A stretch of 64,000 nt of DNA from Squalus acanthias (lineage: Eukaryota). Every line of letters begins with the position of its first letter. Position 1 is the stretch's first letter. The DNA is taken from assembly GCA_030390025.1 (NCBI GenBank), contig CM059431.1:130388001-130452000 (forward strand). The letters are read 5' to 3'. This document shows positions 1 through 13,547 of this stretch, piece after piece. The position numbers and the translations under genes are program-made. The notes below the pieces were generated by a model that ran no database searches, was not told the origin of the DNA, and saw nothing but the letters and a program-made list of their open reading frames with translations.

Positions 1-39
1 TATTTCTTTCTTTAGTGCTATCTGTCTCTCCCCATCCTT

Positions 40-690
40 TGTGCCCTTTGTTTTTCCTTTCTAATGCTACATCCTGATGCCCATCCCCCAGCCAAATTAG
101 TTTAATCTCTCCCCAACAGCACTAGCGAACCTCTCCGCAAGGACATTGGTTCCGGCTCTGTTGAGGTGCAACCTGTCCAGCCGTCCCACCTCCTCCAGAA
201 CCGGTCCCAATGTCCCAGGAATCTGAAACCCTCCCTCCTGCACCATCTCTCCAGCCACGCATTCACCTGCTCTATCTTCCTATTTCTATACTCACTAGCT
301 CGTGGCACAGGGAGTAATCCAGAGATGACTACTTTTCAGGTCCTACTTTTTATCTCTTTCCTGGCTCCCCAAAATCTGCCTGCAGGACCTCATCCCTTTT
401 ACTACCTATGTCGTTGGTACCGATATGGACCACGACCTCTGGCTGTTCACCCTCCCCCCTCAGAATGTTCTATAGCTGCTCAGTGACATCCTTGACCCTG
501 GCACCATCCTGGAATCACGTCTGCGGCTGGAGAAACGCCTGTCTGTTCTCCTAACTATCAAATCCCTTACCACTATTGCCTTCCCAATCTTCCTCCTCCT
601 CCCACCCCCCTGTACAGCTGAACCACCCGTGGTGCCATGGACTTGGCTCTGGCTGTAATCCCCAGGGGAACTATCACCCTCACCAGTATT
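40..690 (-). mobile_element. CR1 LINE ORF1 (SGNH/esterase-like) fragment, decayed
   Basis: Minus strand reads AIVVRDLIVRRTDRRF..RDSRMV, VVVHIGTNDIG and ISGLLPVPRASEYRNRKIEQVNAWLERWCRREGFRFLGHWDRFW (ORF 102..308), the SGNH blocks of CR1 ORF1; frameshifted near the end. Confidence 0.8.
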
Positions 691-909
691 AAGTATTGAA
701 TCTAGTATTGAATCAGAATCTAACCATCAGTAAGATGGAAATTCCCAGAACTTGTATAGAAATGAAACTTAATAGATTTAACATTTAAGAAAATTCGAGA
801 ATGATCTCACCATAGCATCTGTAGTTCAAACTAATTACTGGTTTGGAGTATTCAAAATATCTTATCAGGTAGTTGCTCTTAAGGAAGTTAATTATATAAA
901 AGTGGAAAG

Positions 910-2462
910 TTTAAAACTTGGAAGTATAGTGAACAGTGAGGAGGACAGTGATAGACTTCAAGAGGACATAGACAGGCTGGTAGAATGGCAGATGAAATTT
1001 ACCGCAGAAAAATGCGAAGTGATACATTTTGGTAGGAAGAATGAGGAGAGGCAATATAAACTAAAGGGTACAATTCTAAAGGGGATGCAGAGAGACCTGG
1101 GGGTATATGTGCACAAATCGTTGAAGGTGGCAGGGCAGGTTGAGAAAGTGGTTAAAAAAGCATACGGGATCCTGGGCTTCATAAGTAGAGGCATAGGGCT
1201 GGATTTTGATACTGGGGCAGGCTAAGGTCGTGTTATCCACTTTTCGTGTTATCCACCCGACTGCAATTGGATGTGGGAGATTGATGCGATTTTCACCTAA
1301 TTGAGCAATTGATTTCCAGCATGTGGGAACCCATGACCCAATTAGTGTTTTCAGTCTAAAAGTCGCCTCTGATGATGTCATCATTGCTGCTGCCTTGAAG
1401 GTCTGCAAAGACTGCCTGGCCTTTGCTGTGAGAGGACCTGGATGCAAAATGAGCAGCAGCAGCCCTAAGTCTGCTCCCAGATATTTCTTCACCACCACCA
1501 CCACCACGTTGTAATAGTGAACCTGCAGCTGATAGTCAGCTATCGAAATGTGCTCCCGCCAGGTTTCACATTCGTGGTTCAGAACAGGCGTGCTTCACGT
1601 AGAAAAAGGGTTAAAATCACAAAGGCCTTTCAAAATGGCATTATAGAGGCAATTTAGTGCTTGTTAAGGGCCTTAACAGCCTATCCCGCCTCTTAGAGGC
1701 GGGACGGAGTCGGGACCAGCAGACACGATTTAATGAAAATTGCATGGAGGCGAGCTTGTGCCTGCCCGCCAGTTTTCGCAATTTTAACCCCCCACACGCC
1801 TCCAAACCCACCTCCACGGGTCAATGAAAATTCTGCCCATAGAGTACAAAAGCAAGGAAGTTATGATGAACCTTTATAAAACACTGGTCTGGCCTTAACT
1901 GGAGTATTGTGTCCAATTCTGGGCACTGCACTTTAGGAAGGATGTGAATGCCTTAGAGAGGGTACAGAAAAGATTTACAAGAATGGTTCCAGGGATGAGG
2001 GACTTCAGTTACGTGGATAGATTGAAGAAGCTGGGGTTGTTCTCCTTAGAGCTGAGAAGATTGAGAAGAGATTTGATTGAGGTGTTCAAAATCATGAGCT
2101 GTGTAGACAGAGTAGATAGAGAGAAACTGTTCCAATTGGCGGAAGGGATGAGAACCAGAGGACACAGATTTAAGGTGATTGGCAGAAGAACCAAAGGCGA
2201 CATGAGGAAAATCTTTTTTATGCAGCGAGTGGTTAGGATCTGGAATGCACTGTCCGAGAGGGTGGTGGAGGCAGATTAATGGCAGATTAATCGATCGTGG
2301 CTTTCAAAAGGGAACTCAATAAGTACCTGAAGGAAAAAAAATTGCCGGGCTACGGGGAAAGGGTGGGGGAATGGGACTAGCTGAAGTGCTCTTGCAGAGA
2401 GCCGACATGGGCTCGACGGGCCAAATGGCCTCCTTCTGTGTTGTAACCATTCTACGATTCTA
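910..2462 (+). mobile_element. CR1 LINE 3' fragment (RT C-terminus + 3'UTR), split by a MITE at 1196-1838
   Basis: ORFs 902..1225 (LQEDIDRLVEWQMKF..KCEVIHFG) and 1944..2279 (LERVQKRFTRMVPGM..TRGHRFK); collinear across the insertion (GAGGC-ATA...ATA-GAGTACAAAAG); ATTCTA-type tail near 2450. Confidence 0.9.
1196..1838. mobile_element. Non-autonomous Harbinger-type MITE (643 bp) inserted in CR1
   Basis: TIRs GGGCTGGATTTT and rc GGGCAGAATTTT; 3-bp duplication ATA (1193-1195, 1839-1841), confirmed by the empty CR1 site. Confidence 0.85.
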
Positions 2463-3424
2463 AAGGTTTTAGGCCTAATATTTTCAATTTTGCCTAACAC
2501 GAGATTACAGCTCATTGCTAGACTTCAGTCCAAAAGGATATGTGAAACTGACAATTATATATACGTTAGTAATCAGGTACTAATGCGGTGTAGCCTGATT
2601 TTGCAAGGCTCCACTGCTGGTGCAAAATTCGGCATAAGCCTAATTCGCAGTGTGCCAAGGTGAGAGATTGCTGGGCCAAATAAGGCATTACTGCAGGCAA
2701 GCAGGTGCTTCATTTAAGTGGTCTAATTATTGAAATAAGATCACCCAATGAATTACTCAACTTGAACAAAGCCCAACCTCCAGAGCGCACCTTGTCCATA
2801 TAAAATAGGTGCATGACTGCTCCATTGCCATGGCCTGGTCTAACATAATCCTTAACACAACATTGGTGTTATTAAGATTGGTGGTAACCTGATGTTATTT
2901 TGGTTGTGAACACTTATCTTCTGTATTTAATATTGTGTATAGCCTTTGATTTTTATCTTTACATTTGACATAATTTCTCCTGGGTTTCTGTGGATCTTGC
3001 GCCAAAGACAATCGGGAGAACCTCCATGACACTTAATGACCCCTGTCGTTGAATTCAGATTCTAAAGATTCTTTGGAACCTCAGAGTAAATGAAGCAAAG
3101 TTATTTTGTTTGCACTGCAAAAGAAAGCTTTTATGTAGTATGGAAGATCCTGTGACTGCCACATGAGTTCAGAGTATAAATTTCTTGACAAAATTAGACA
3201 AATCAGACAGAAGTATGGATGATAAAATACATTCAAAGAATGAGGTCGAACATTCTAAAGATTAGTGATCTTTTTTCTAATATTGTACATTTAGTGATGT
3301 TTGGTTGCATGATGCATCAAAATGTATATCATTTCTATTTGCAGTGTTAAACTTAATTTGTTATTTTTGCAGTTGTGCTAGATATTCGTGACCTTTTGGC
3401 TTTACACTATGCTACTGTCATAGT

Positions 3425-3785
3425 GAGATGTGACCTGATAGAGGTCTTTAAACTGATGAAGGTTTCGATAGGATAGATATGGAGAAGATGTTTCTACTTG
3501 TAGGGGATTCAAAAAGTAGGACCCATAAATATAAGATAGTAATTAATAAATTCATCCAAAACGTCTTTACCCAGAGAGTGGTTAGAATGTGGAACGTTCT
3601 ACCACAACGAATAGTTAAGGCAAATAACATAGATGCATTTAAGGGGGAAGCTAGATAAGCACATGAGGGAGAAATGAATAGAAGGGTATGCTGATCGGGT
3701 TAGATGAAATGGGGTAGGAGGAAGCTCGTAAACACCGACATAGACCAGTTGGGCCAAATGGCCTGTTTCTGTGCTGTGTACAGTT
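3425..3785 (+). mobile_element. CR1 LINE 3' end fragment
   Basis: GTGACCTGATAGAGGTCTTTAAA..GGACCCATAAATATAAG..GGGCCAAATGGCCTGTTTCTGTGCTGT, typical CR1 3' end. Confidence 0.75.
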
Positions 3786-4029
3786 TGTTGATGTAGCATC
3801 CTTGTCAAATATTAAAATTTAATTCAATAAACTTGCTCGCGATGCTGTGTAAAATCTTGATTGTACAATTAATATACCTCTCAAGACCTAGTTTTACAGG
3901 CTGATTTCTAACCTGCCCCACTGTCTCAGCTTTTTTTTTTAATTAGAGCTTAGTTTTCTTCAACTGATATGTTATACATGAAATGTGATATAAAATCAGA
4001 AAATGCTGCAAAATTATAGAAAGCCTATC

Positions 4030-4140
4030 AGTAGAAAGAAAGACTTGCATTTATGTAGCACCTTTCAAGACCTCAGGACGTCCCAAAGCACTTTACAGCT
4101 AATGAAGTACTTTTGAAGTGTAGTCACTGTTGTAATGTAG
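4030..4140 (-). mobile_element. DeuSINE (SacSINE1-like) 3' tail fragment
   Basis: Reverse complement of the 3' end of the full copies at 16492-16951 and 37759-38222. Confidence 0.75.
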
Positions 4141-6801
4141 AAAACAAAAAGATTTTCCACCAGTTAGCAGTGGTTTTTGGCAGTAATTGGGCAGTGGGAT
4201 GCAGGAAATCAAGGGAAGTTCCATCCCACCAGAAATGTGGTAGGTTTGCATCCTGACACATTTTCTAGTGGGTGGAACCTGCGGGGAAGACGCACACATC
4301 TCTAACAGGTGGGCACTTCATTTCAATATTCATTTGGGGGCGGGCTGGCCTGTACAACAGTTTCTGCAGTTCTGGTGTGAAGGGCACTGGATATAAAGAA
4401 CAACCATTTTAAATGGGTATCCAGGGTTGCTAAGTATCCTGAACATCCTGAAGTTCATGGAAAGTACACAACACTATAAAGGCAATGGTATTTTAGCCAT
4501 TTCTGAACAATTTTTCTCCCTCTTGCCACTTAGATTCTTATGAGGCTTTGTTAATTATTTTTCCCCTGTAGCTGAAAATTCTAGCCAAGTAGTTTTAGGA
4601 TGTAGGTGATCTAGTGACATGTCATTTCTGTTATTTGTATTAGCATGTATAGTGATCTTGTGACTTATGTTTTCACCTTCTGCCCGCTGTCCTGGCTCCA
4701 CCATGATTCTGACCCATTTTTCTGGGTCATTCACTAGGCAGGGCCGGAGGAGAGATCTCTGTCACTTAGAGGGCACCTATTACTGCGAAGTTTGGTGAGA
4801 CACCTGCTGCACCAGAGGGAGGAGGACCCCACGTCTAAACAGGGCAGAAGTGCCCTGAAGATTTTTATTTAAAGGTGAAAGAGGGGCTCTTTAAAAGCCA
4901 TGCACCTTCCACCTGGAGGTGCAGGGCCTGAAGAGAGAGAGAGGTACCCACCATTAGGCCCTCTCCCTCTAACTGTGGCTATAGTGCGATTCCTGTTGTT
5001 TCACAGAATGTACCATCACTGTTCTGCTGGCAGTCCCTGGGTTGGCGGTATTTTAGGTGGGAGGTCGGGAAATCAGCCGGTCTCTCTGGCCTTGCCTCCT
5101 CTCCCTACCCACAAGATCCCTAAGAGGGGGAAATTCACCGCAGTTCCAGTAGTGGTTGGGATGTGGCAGTCAGCCACCCCACTCCATTTCCCTTAGTTTC
5201 TTGTAGCTTCCTGTAATTAAATGAAACAGTGCTGGAAGGGAGCATGTTCCATAAAGTAAGATGTCACCACTAAAGAGGGGAGGGGTGAATCTTCAATATC
5301 TATTCACTGGCCTCTTGATAAAAAGAAGAAAATTGGTACAGCTTGCAAACATGCTATGCCGCCAGGCTGCTTGAGATAAAACCAAGTTACAATGTCAATG
5401 ACTTAATCTCTAATTGATAACCAAAAAACATGTTATAATAAGGAACTGGATGTACTGCTTACTGACAAATATGTCTCACTTTCCACAGATGTTTAAGGTT
5501 AATGTATTTCAGTGTAAATAGTAATTCAAAATAACTAGCCTCAAAAAGTAGGTTTTTAAGTACTTAAAAAAAAAAATTGCCTGCACACATTTGAATTCAT
5601 CATAAACTCCATCCAGTGATACTTATCACTATGGTGACACAGATGACCCATCAAGGAACACTAACCTTCTACAGGTATGCCCTTTACCTGACAGCAAAGA
5701 TGAATCACTCTAATCCAGCAAGGAAATGTGCACAGAAATTCTCTAATTGCCAGTCTGTTCTGTTTGCCGAATGGAATGTGGAAAGCTGCATTATTGTCTT
5801 TCTGCCACTGCCTAAAATGGATGGTTATGCCTATGAATATAAGTATGCTCCTATCTTGTATTCAGAGTCTATTAATCCTTAGCCTTCCTTCAAATAGCTG
5901 ATAAGCAGACCTGTCAAGGTGAAAAGCTTAACACTTTTCCCCCTTAAAACTTCTATCTAATCAGCCAGACACAAGTATGTTGAATCTGCCTGCAATCAGA
6001 TGGACCACCAGTGAAAGCATTGTATAAAGGCAAAGTGCCTTTCAGTTATGAGATGGCCAGTTTATTTAATTCTGGTGGTAATTTTATTGTACTTCTCAAG
6101 GTGAGGATGTCAGCACATGAAAATGTAACATGTTTTCCATTTCCTCAACCCAGTTTCAGCATCAAACACTGGTCAGCTATAATAAAGATTTGTTGCAGAG
6201 TAAAACCTTTCGCTACATCAGCAATGTGCCTTGACTCTAATATTAGATGAGCATTCCCTGCTGCACTAATATGTTTCCATTGCCCCCATTACCGACTCTT
6301 AAGCCCTCTTCAATGACAGTGACAAATTATGGACAGTTTAGCGTTGGGTTAACCCTCAGGCTCTCACCATGTTTCTGGAAACTCCCTTCTTCCTAAGCTG
6401 ACTGGTTTTAGGTCAGGAATTTTGTCAGCTGTAGCAAGATTCGTGGCTCCCACACTGTGCTGCTGAAAATAATATTAATGTATTCCAATGAAAAGTGACT
6501 CAAAGATCATGAATAGATTTCTTATTGTAATATTATTAAGCTTCCAAATGAAATAATTTGCTCCTTAAATTACTGAAGCAGCCTGATTACTCTGCAACGT
6601 CTGGGAAATAATTTACTGTTGCAGCATCCAATTTAGGGCAGTATCTTCCACAATTTTAAACTTTTCTTACTTTCAGCATGTTTTTGAAGAATGGTAATTG
6701 AATCTTTCCACAGATGATGAAGATCCTAGACAGTGGGCCAAAGCTTCCTAAAGTATTCTTGCTTCAAAAATACAAGAGAAAAAACAAATAATTTAAATCA
6801 T

Positions 6802-7078
6802 AAAGAAAGAACTTGCATTTACATAGTGCCTTTCACGATCTCAGGATGTCCTAAAGCACTTCACAGCCAATGAATTATTCTTGGTGTGTAGTCACTGTTG
6901 TAATGCCGACGTTTTAACATCTCATCCAAAAGACAGCACCTCTGATTGTGCAGCACTCCTACAGTACTGCACTGCAGGGTCAGCCAAGATTAAGTGCTCA
7001 AATCTCTGGAGTAGGACTTGAACGCACAACCTTCTGACTCAGACGCAAGCGTGCTGCCACTGAGCTAAGGTTGACACA
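6802..7078 (-). mobile_element. DeuSINE (SacSINE1-like), internally deleted
   Basis: tRNA-like head and 3' tail match the full copies; the middle of the Deu domain is missing (join near 6906). Confidence 0.8.
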
Positions 7079-7404
7079 ATACCACACCAGGTTGCTGATA
7101 CCTACTGAGCCATCAGGAGTTTCAAATTACTTAACCATGCACATTTTAGCAAAATATTTACCAAATATTTTGTGTATATTTTATCTCAACTCCCTATATA
7201 ATGTGTAAGGTTAATTTAACTTCTTGACCTCAAATGGAGAGCTGAAAGGATCAAGTACGTATATGAAAAAGACAACTCATTTGTTCTATTATTTCACCAG
7301 TCTCATCAATCATTCTACACGTAACCTAATGTTCAGTATGTAAAATGGACCTTTCCACGCTCAGTAGCTTTTTCTAGTACATTGTTTTCTATTGCTTTTT
7401 AGCA

Positions 7405-7972
7405 TTGACAACAATAGCAACTTGCATTTATGTAGCACCTTTAATGAAGAAAAATATCTCACGGCACTTTTCAGAGGTGTAATCAGACAAAAATCAACAC
7501 TGAGCAAAGAAGGAGATATTAGCAGGGATGACTAAAAGCTTGGCCTAAGAGGTAAGTTTTAAGGAGGGTCTTAAAGGAGGCAAGGAAGGTGGAGAGATGG
7601 AGAGGTTTCGGGGTCAGCGGCGGGGTGGGGTGGGGGGTGTGGGGGGGGGGCAGTGGGGGAGTAATTCCAGAGCTTAGGGCTTAGACAGCTGAAGGCATGG
7701 CTATCAATGGTGAGGCAAAGGGAGTGGGCGATGAATTGGAGGCCAGAGTTGGGCGAGTGTAAAGTTCTTGGAGGATTGTAGGGTTGGAGGAGGTAGGGGT
7801 GGGATGATGAAGGGATTAGAACAGGAGGATGAAAATTTTAACTTTGAGGTGTTGGCGGAGTGGAAGCCAATGTACGTCAGTCAGCATAGGTGTGCTGTGT
7901 GAGCAGGACTTGGTGTAGTTTAGGATACAGGCAGCGGAGTTTTGGATGAGCTGAAGCTTATGGAGGGTGGAC
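7405..7972 (-). mobile_element. L2-clade LINE 3' fragment
   Basis: AACTTGCATTTATGTAGCACCTTTAATG..AAAAGCTTGG..TTTTAAGGAGGGTCTTAAAGGAGG..TTCCAGAGCTTAGGGC..TTTTGGATGAGCTG; reverse complement of the + copy at 26200-26432. Confidence 0.75.
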
Positions 7973-9139
7973 GAAAAAGCTTTTCCCTGCAGTAATCAGA
8001 AGTAATTGTCTGTTTGTACCAAGTCTTATTGTGATAAAACATGGCTACTTCTATTAATCTTACTTTGAGGAAATTATCTTTTCAAGTGCTACATTGCTAA
8101 AAGTCATACTTTGTGATAGTTTCCTCAATTTGTTTTCATAAGGGTAATTTTACCATATTATGTGCCTGCCGATTACCTGTATTATGATATTTGATTTGTG
8201 GAATCTGCTATGTTTAGGGATTTTTTAAAAAGCTTTTACTAATGATCATTGCTTTTTTAAAAGGGTATTTTTGTGAAAAAAGGTACAAAGCAAGTGCTGT
8301 TGCACCTTTCTCTTCTCTTACATTATTTGGAAGAAGCAAATGCCAGACATGGCCATTCACAGACATTCAGGAATTTAGTATCATGGGATTTCTAAAGAGA
8401 CCATTATTAGTTCACCAATCTGCCTCCTTTCTTCTCCCAGTTTGGATAGAGGGGCTGTTCTATTTATAGAGGAACTCTATGCCATAATACTACTGTGCTG
8501 CTGAGACACTGATTAAGATTTTTACTTCAGCATTTAAAACAATTGTCGTCAATGTGTATGTGAGTTTAGTTTTGGAATATGGGAGCTCAGAGCTGATTAA
8601 AACATGAGTTGATAGTAAAATGGATTGCATCTTGCACTTACCTCCTGAATCCAGCGTCCTTACCTAACACACCGCTCGCGGAGGCCTCCGATTCCCCCCA
8701 CCCCCCGGGCCTCCAATTCCCCCCATGAGGCCTCCCCCCCATGCTCTTCTGGCTGCCGATCAGCTCCTCCGACCCCCATTCATTGCAAACCCGCTCCTCC
8801 GGCCACCAATCAGACACTAACACCATCACCCACCCCCACTCCTCTGGCCCCCGATCCTCACCCGACCCCCTGCTCCTCTGGCCCCTGATCCTTCTCCGAC
8901 CCCCACCCACCCCTCCAGCGCCCTGAGCTGGTCCCAGCCCCTGGTCTTCTGTACCTGTCCAGTAGTTTCAAGTGATTATGGTACATGCAAGTCATCGACA
9001 TTTAAAAGAGATCTGGGAACGGGAATAGAACTGTGGGCTGACGTGACAGAGCATTGATATTTGGAATGTACAAAATGCAGTCTCCATTGCTCCACTTATC
9101 TGCATCAGATAAAAAGTAATTCACAATACATGACCAATC

Positions 9140-9497
9140 CAGCCCCGTTAAAACATATTAAAAAAATTCAAAGTATTAAATTTTTGTTTACAATATTTAA
9201 TTAAATGGCATTTTAATTAATTTTAAATATGTAATTTTTAAAATTATTTATTTCATGTCTTTGTGTATTTTTTAAGCGATCCCCATTCATACTTATTGGA
9301 GTTCCGTACGGAACTCCCGTACGGGGCGCTTACGAACCTCATACGCCCTTGGGATACGTGGGCCTTTGCCCGCGCGTACCCGGAGAGGCCCAGGATCGCA
9401 AGTCTCCGTACCTCCCGGGCCACCAGGTGCATTTGTAGATTTTTTACAGGTCAGAGGCATCCACCCGCGGGAAGCCTCCGATCGCAAATTTTGGGCC
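9140..9497. mobile_element. 3' half of a Harbinger-type MITE related to 24456-25208
   Basis: Shares the AT-rich core and GGAAGCCTCCGATCG..AAAT end with 24456-25208; ends TTTTGGGCC; left TIR not found. Confidence 0.65.
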
Positions 9498-9541
9498 TGT
9501 GTTTATGGTACTCTGCACGCCAAAGTGATTTGAGGGCCAAC

Positions 9542-9690
9542 GTGATTAGAGATCATATTGTAGTGGGAATATAAAATAAGAGACTGTCTGAGAGATTACA
9601 TTTAGACCCTAGGTTTACCCTTGATAAAGCAATAACTCAAGTGAGACAAAGTAAAGCTATTTAGGGACAGCAAGTACTAATCAGGTGGCA
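9542..9690 (+). pseudogene. Gypsy-type LTR retrotransposon gag relic
   Basis: Reads VIRDHIVVGI*NKRLSERLHLDPRFTLDKAITQVRQSKAI*GQQ, resembling the IRDRIVVGI..LSERL....LTL.KAI...RQSE gag motif; two in-frame stops. Confidence 0.6.
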
Positions 9691-10597
9691 ACTGATAGGG
9701 GGAGTTGAAAAAGTGGGGAAGGCCATAACAGACTAGCAAAACAGGGCAGCAAAAGTAAATTTCCAAGCAGGATTTCTAACATCATCATCAAATTTGCTGA
9801 CAAGGGGGCACTGTTTTTGTTTGGTGGAAGGCCACTACTTTGCTGAGGCCAAATGCCAACTCTCTATGTCTCCTAACTTCCACTGGACCAGGACTCCATC
9901 ACCAAATATTAAGCCATACTTTCCCAGACTTGCAGCAAATTTGTAAATGCACTCCTCCTTATTTTTATAAGTTAACTACAAATTTGTGCCAGTTTAAAAA
10001 AAAATCTTTTTGTTCTGCTCTGGTCCTGGCAGGGATTTTGGGCTCTGTTCCTTGCTCATTTGTAATCTCACTATAGTGTTTACACATTTGTTGAAGTTTT
10101 AATTATTTCAGTGCTGCATTAGGTGAATTGTTTTGTGAAATTGAACACAATTGTATGACTTCTGACAATATGGGATTGATTCCTTGTGCTCATAGGTGAA
10201 AGACTCAGGCAGTCACTGGTATCATTAGTTTGTAGTCACAGGAAAAAGGGTATGATAATATGAAATACTACAGGTCCACTATTTACAGGCACATTATTCC
10301 ATTGAGAATCATAGGCCTTTTTGTCTACATTTTCATTCTGCAAATACATTAGTTCATTGTAATTACATTCTTGCAGGCCATGAGTAACTATAGTTTCACT
10401 TCTTGTTTAGTCTGGGTGTTCCAATGACAGCTTATTATATAGCAAACAAATCATATATATTTTAAAAAGGAACCTCCATCATATAGAGTGCAAATCAGAA
10501 CATTATTATGATCTGTTGAAAGTACTGGCCTCTTGCATTGCTGTATTGTCTTCAAACTGAACAGTTAGAAATTGGACTGTACTGCTTCAGAGATATA

Positions 10598-12302
10598 GGT
10601 CAGAATTTTCCGGGGGGTCAGCAATTGGTGGCGTGTCAGGTGGGAAAGTGGTTTTTTTTTGACAGTGGGTCGGGACCCCGCTGTCAACCCGATGCCACGC
10701 ACCTTTCCCAATGTCGGGTCTGTTAATGTTGAGCAGACCCGACCGGCAGCAGCGGGGGACCTAATTAAAATGATTAGCATCTAGTTGCCAGATGCTTAAC
10801 AGCCTTTTTTCACTTACCTTTTGTCTTTAACTTCATGACCACGGGATCCCCATTGTGCGCAGACCACAGCTGTCAAGCTGAGGCGTGAATTCAGTGGCCA
10901 TTGCTCCAGCAGATTACTTGACAGCTTCAAATGTACAGTAAAAGCTCCCATCTGACTGATATTCACTTTCCTCAGGCAGAAGCTTTTTCTCACTTCATTT
11001 CCAGCACACATTCTGCAGGCTTTCCACTTTCCACTTTCCAACCACTCTCACCTCATTGGAAGAACCTCTCACCACTGACAGAATGCTTCTGTTATTTCTA
11101 CTTCACCTGCCATCTATTCCATCAACATGGGTGCCCTTTATACTCTCTCACCTTGGTCCCCAGAATCCCACCACAAACAGCCCCAACACCAGCATCACCA
11201 GCAACACCAACAACACCAACCTTCTCCGCAATCAACTAATGCTGCACAGGACACAGGGCATCATCACCCATGAACATTGCTGCCCGGGACGCCAGGGATG
11301 GCCTCATCATGGCCAGATTTACTTCACTTTTTGCTGTACACCCTGGCTGCCACATGATGCGCCAGGTTGGCACCAACCCACACAAACACCATAAAGCATC
11401 CCTACAATGCCCAAGCCATTCCTTTCACACTCGTCAGCATTGCGGGGAGTACCATTATGTCTCACCATTCACTGCAACTCACTAAGCCACTTCCAAAGGT
11501 TCACACAAATCTGTCCAAGAGTGTTGAAAATAAAGGTTTCAATGTTTGACACCCCATTAACAGAAATTTTACATGAACATTGGATAAAACACACAAATGC
11601 CTACCCTTGTGTGTTGTTAGTTGGTATGATTGCACTAGGATGAGTGTGAGGGGTGGCTAGTGAGATGGGGATGTGATAATATAGATAGAGAGGGATGGGT
11701 GGAGGTCCAAGGTAAGTTGGTGTGAGTAAGGATGTGCAGGAGTAGGGTAGGGAAGGCAGAGTGATGGGGATATGATGAGTGGCACAGCAGGATGAGGTTG
11801 AGTGTGGCTTTGTACTAACGTTTTGTGATCTACTGAGATCATTGAAACGTTTGCAGCACTGCACCCTGGTCCTCCTGATCACATCCCTGCTTGTGCCCTC
11901 CTGTGCAATGTGCAACCAGGCTGTGTTGATCTCCTGGGGAGGTGTCTTCCGGCCATGGGAAGGGAAAAGGACCTCCCTGCGTGCTGGAGTCATGGGAGAG
12001 CCTGGGTGCAGCCCTGTGCCTTTGTGCAGTGCTTGTCAGTGTTTGCAGCACCTCAATGCTGTAGAACACTGACAGCATAAATGTCAAAATAAATTTGGAC
12101 ATAGCCCCTTTAAGCAAACCGGCTGATGACGCTTCATGAAATGACGTCGCCAGACCTACTTCCTCTAATTGGCCAGGAAACGCGCAGGGCGGGCTTAACA
12201 AGCCCTATTAATGGAAATTCATTTCACAGAACGGAATGGAGCCAGCAGCGGGGTCGGGACCCGCCACCGACATCGCCCGCCGAGGTTAGTAAAATCCCGG
12301 CC
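10598..12302 (+). mobile_element. Non-autonomous Harbinger deletion derivative (1.7 kb), copy 1
   Basis: TIRs GGTCAGAATTTT and rc GGCCGGGATTTT; TSD ATA/ATA; fused 5' and 3' ends of the transposase; minus-strand Myb/SANT-like exon (AWLHIAQEGTSRDVIRRTRVQCCKRFNDL, ORF 11601..11993). Confidence 0.88.
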
Positions 12303-12865
12303 ATAGATCCACTTGAGTTTGCTTCCACAGTAGTTCAGTTAATCAGTTGATTGCTGTATATTCATGCTACTGTAATTCCCTTTACATAAGAAAAATGGCC
12401 TTTTGTGCAATTGTAGACAATCTGATCTTTTTAAAGAAAATTCCAATAATTAATTTTATTCCGCATTAGAACAGCTTCAGTTTTGCTGTAATTTGAATTA
12501 TCAGTAGAATTGAAAGCATATCTTCCTTCCTTCAGGCACCATTAGCTGTGTACACGCAATGGTGTTTCCTCAAAGAAGTAAGAGCTACTGGGCACACTTG
12601 CAGTCTGCATAGAAAATTCTATATTATTGTAATGCCACAGTAATTAATTTCCATAATAAAACTGAACTTCTGAGAATCAGTGTGTAAAAGGAAGGTTCTA
12701 GCTGGTTGAGATTCATTTTAAGATCAGACAGATGATTCAGAATCCATGGTTATTCTGTGTCACATCTGGAGGATCAAAGACTACACGAGAAAAATATAAA
12801 ACAAACTACTAATGCAAAATTATCGATAATCTCGTGACAATATAAAGTGCATTTTTCTAGACTTT

Positions 12866-13547
12866 GGCCTTGATTTGAACTCCCCTGCCCCCCACCCCGA
12901 TGGGCATGAGAGTGTGGGAGTGGGGTGGGTTAAAATATCAGGATAGGGCAACCCAACCCCACTCCCACCCTGTTGAATTTTAAAGTGCTGAAATCAGGCC
13001 ATGGACGAGGCTCCATCAAAAGACAGGAGGGGAATTAATTAACATACCAAAGTATGTTAACATGTCCTGATGACATCATCGGCAGTATAACTTAGATTTC
13101 ACAGTAAGTGAGGGGGAGGCCCGACCTGTGGGATTTATGGTAGCTGATCCGAGGCGGGAACTGCTGGCTATCTAAGCTAAGCGGCTCTTTTAGCACTCAT
13201 TGTGGGCCAGGAAGAGCTGGAGTGCTTCCCCCAGGCCCATCAAAGAAGCCTTCGGCCTCCCCAAGCCCTTATCTCCAGCCTCCCAGCCCCAGCTCCTGAG
13301 CTGATTCTCCATCCCCAGTGCCGGGCACCGTCCCCAGAAGTTCCCGGTCACGGCCTCCTGCTGCTAGAGTCCCCTCCCGCCTGCCGGCCAGGTTGTCCAT
13401 TTGGCCAGCTGCTGGGAGGGAGGCGACCCTACAATATGCTAATGAGGGCCTACCATTAAGATCGGCAGGGTCTCCATGCCTCCAGCCTTGTCAGGTTTTC
13501 CCCATGGTCCCCTGCATCCTCTCCATCTCCCTGTAAATATCGGGACC
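12866..13547. mobile_element. Harbinger-type MITE related to 61984-62676
   Basis: Ends GGCCTTGATTT and rc GGTCCCGATATTTAC; internal similarity to 61984-62676; TSD not preserved. Confidence 0.65.
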
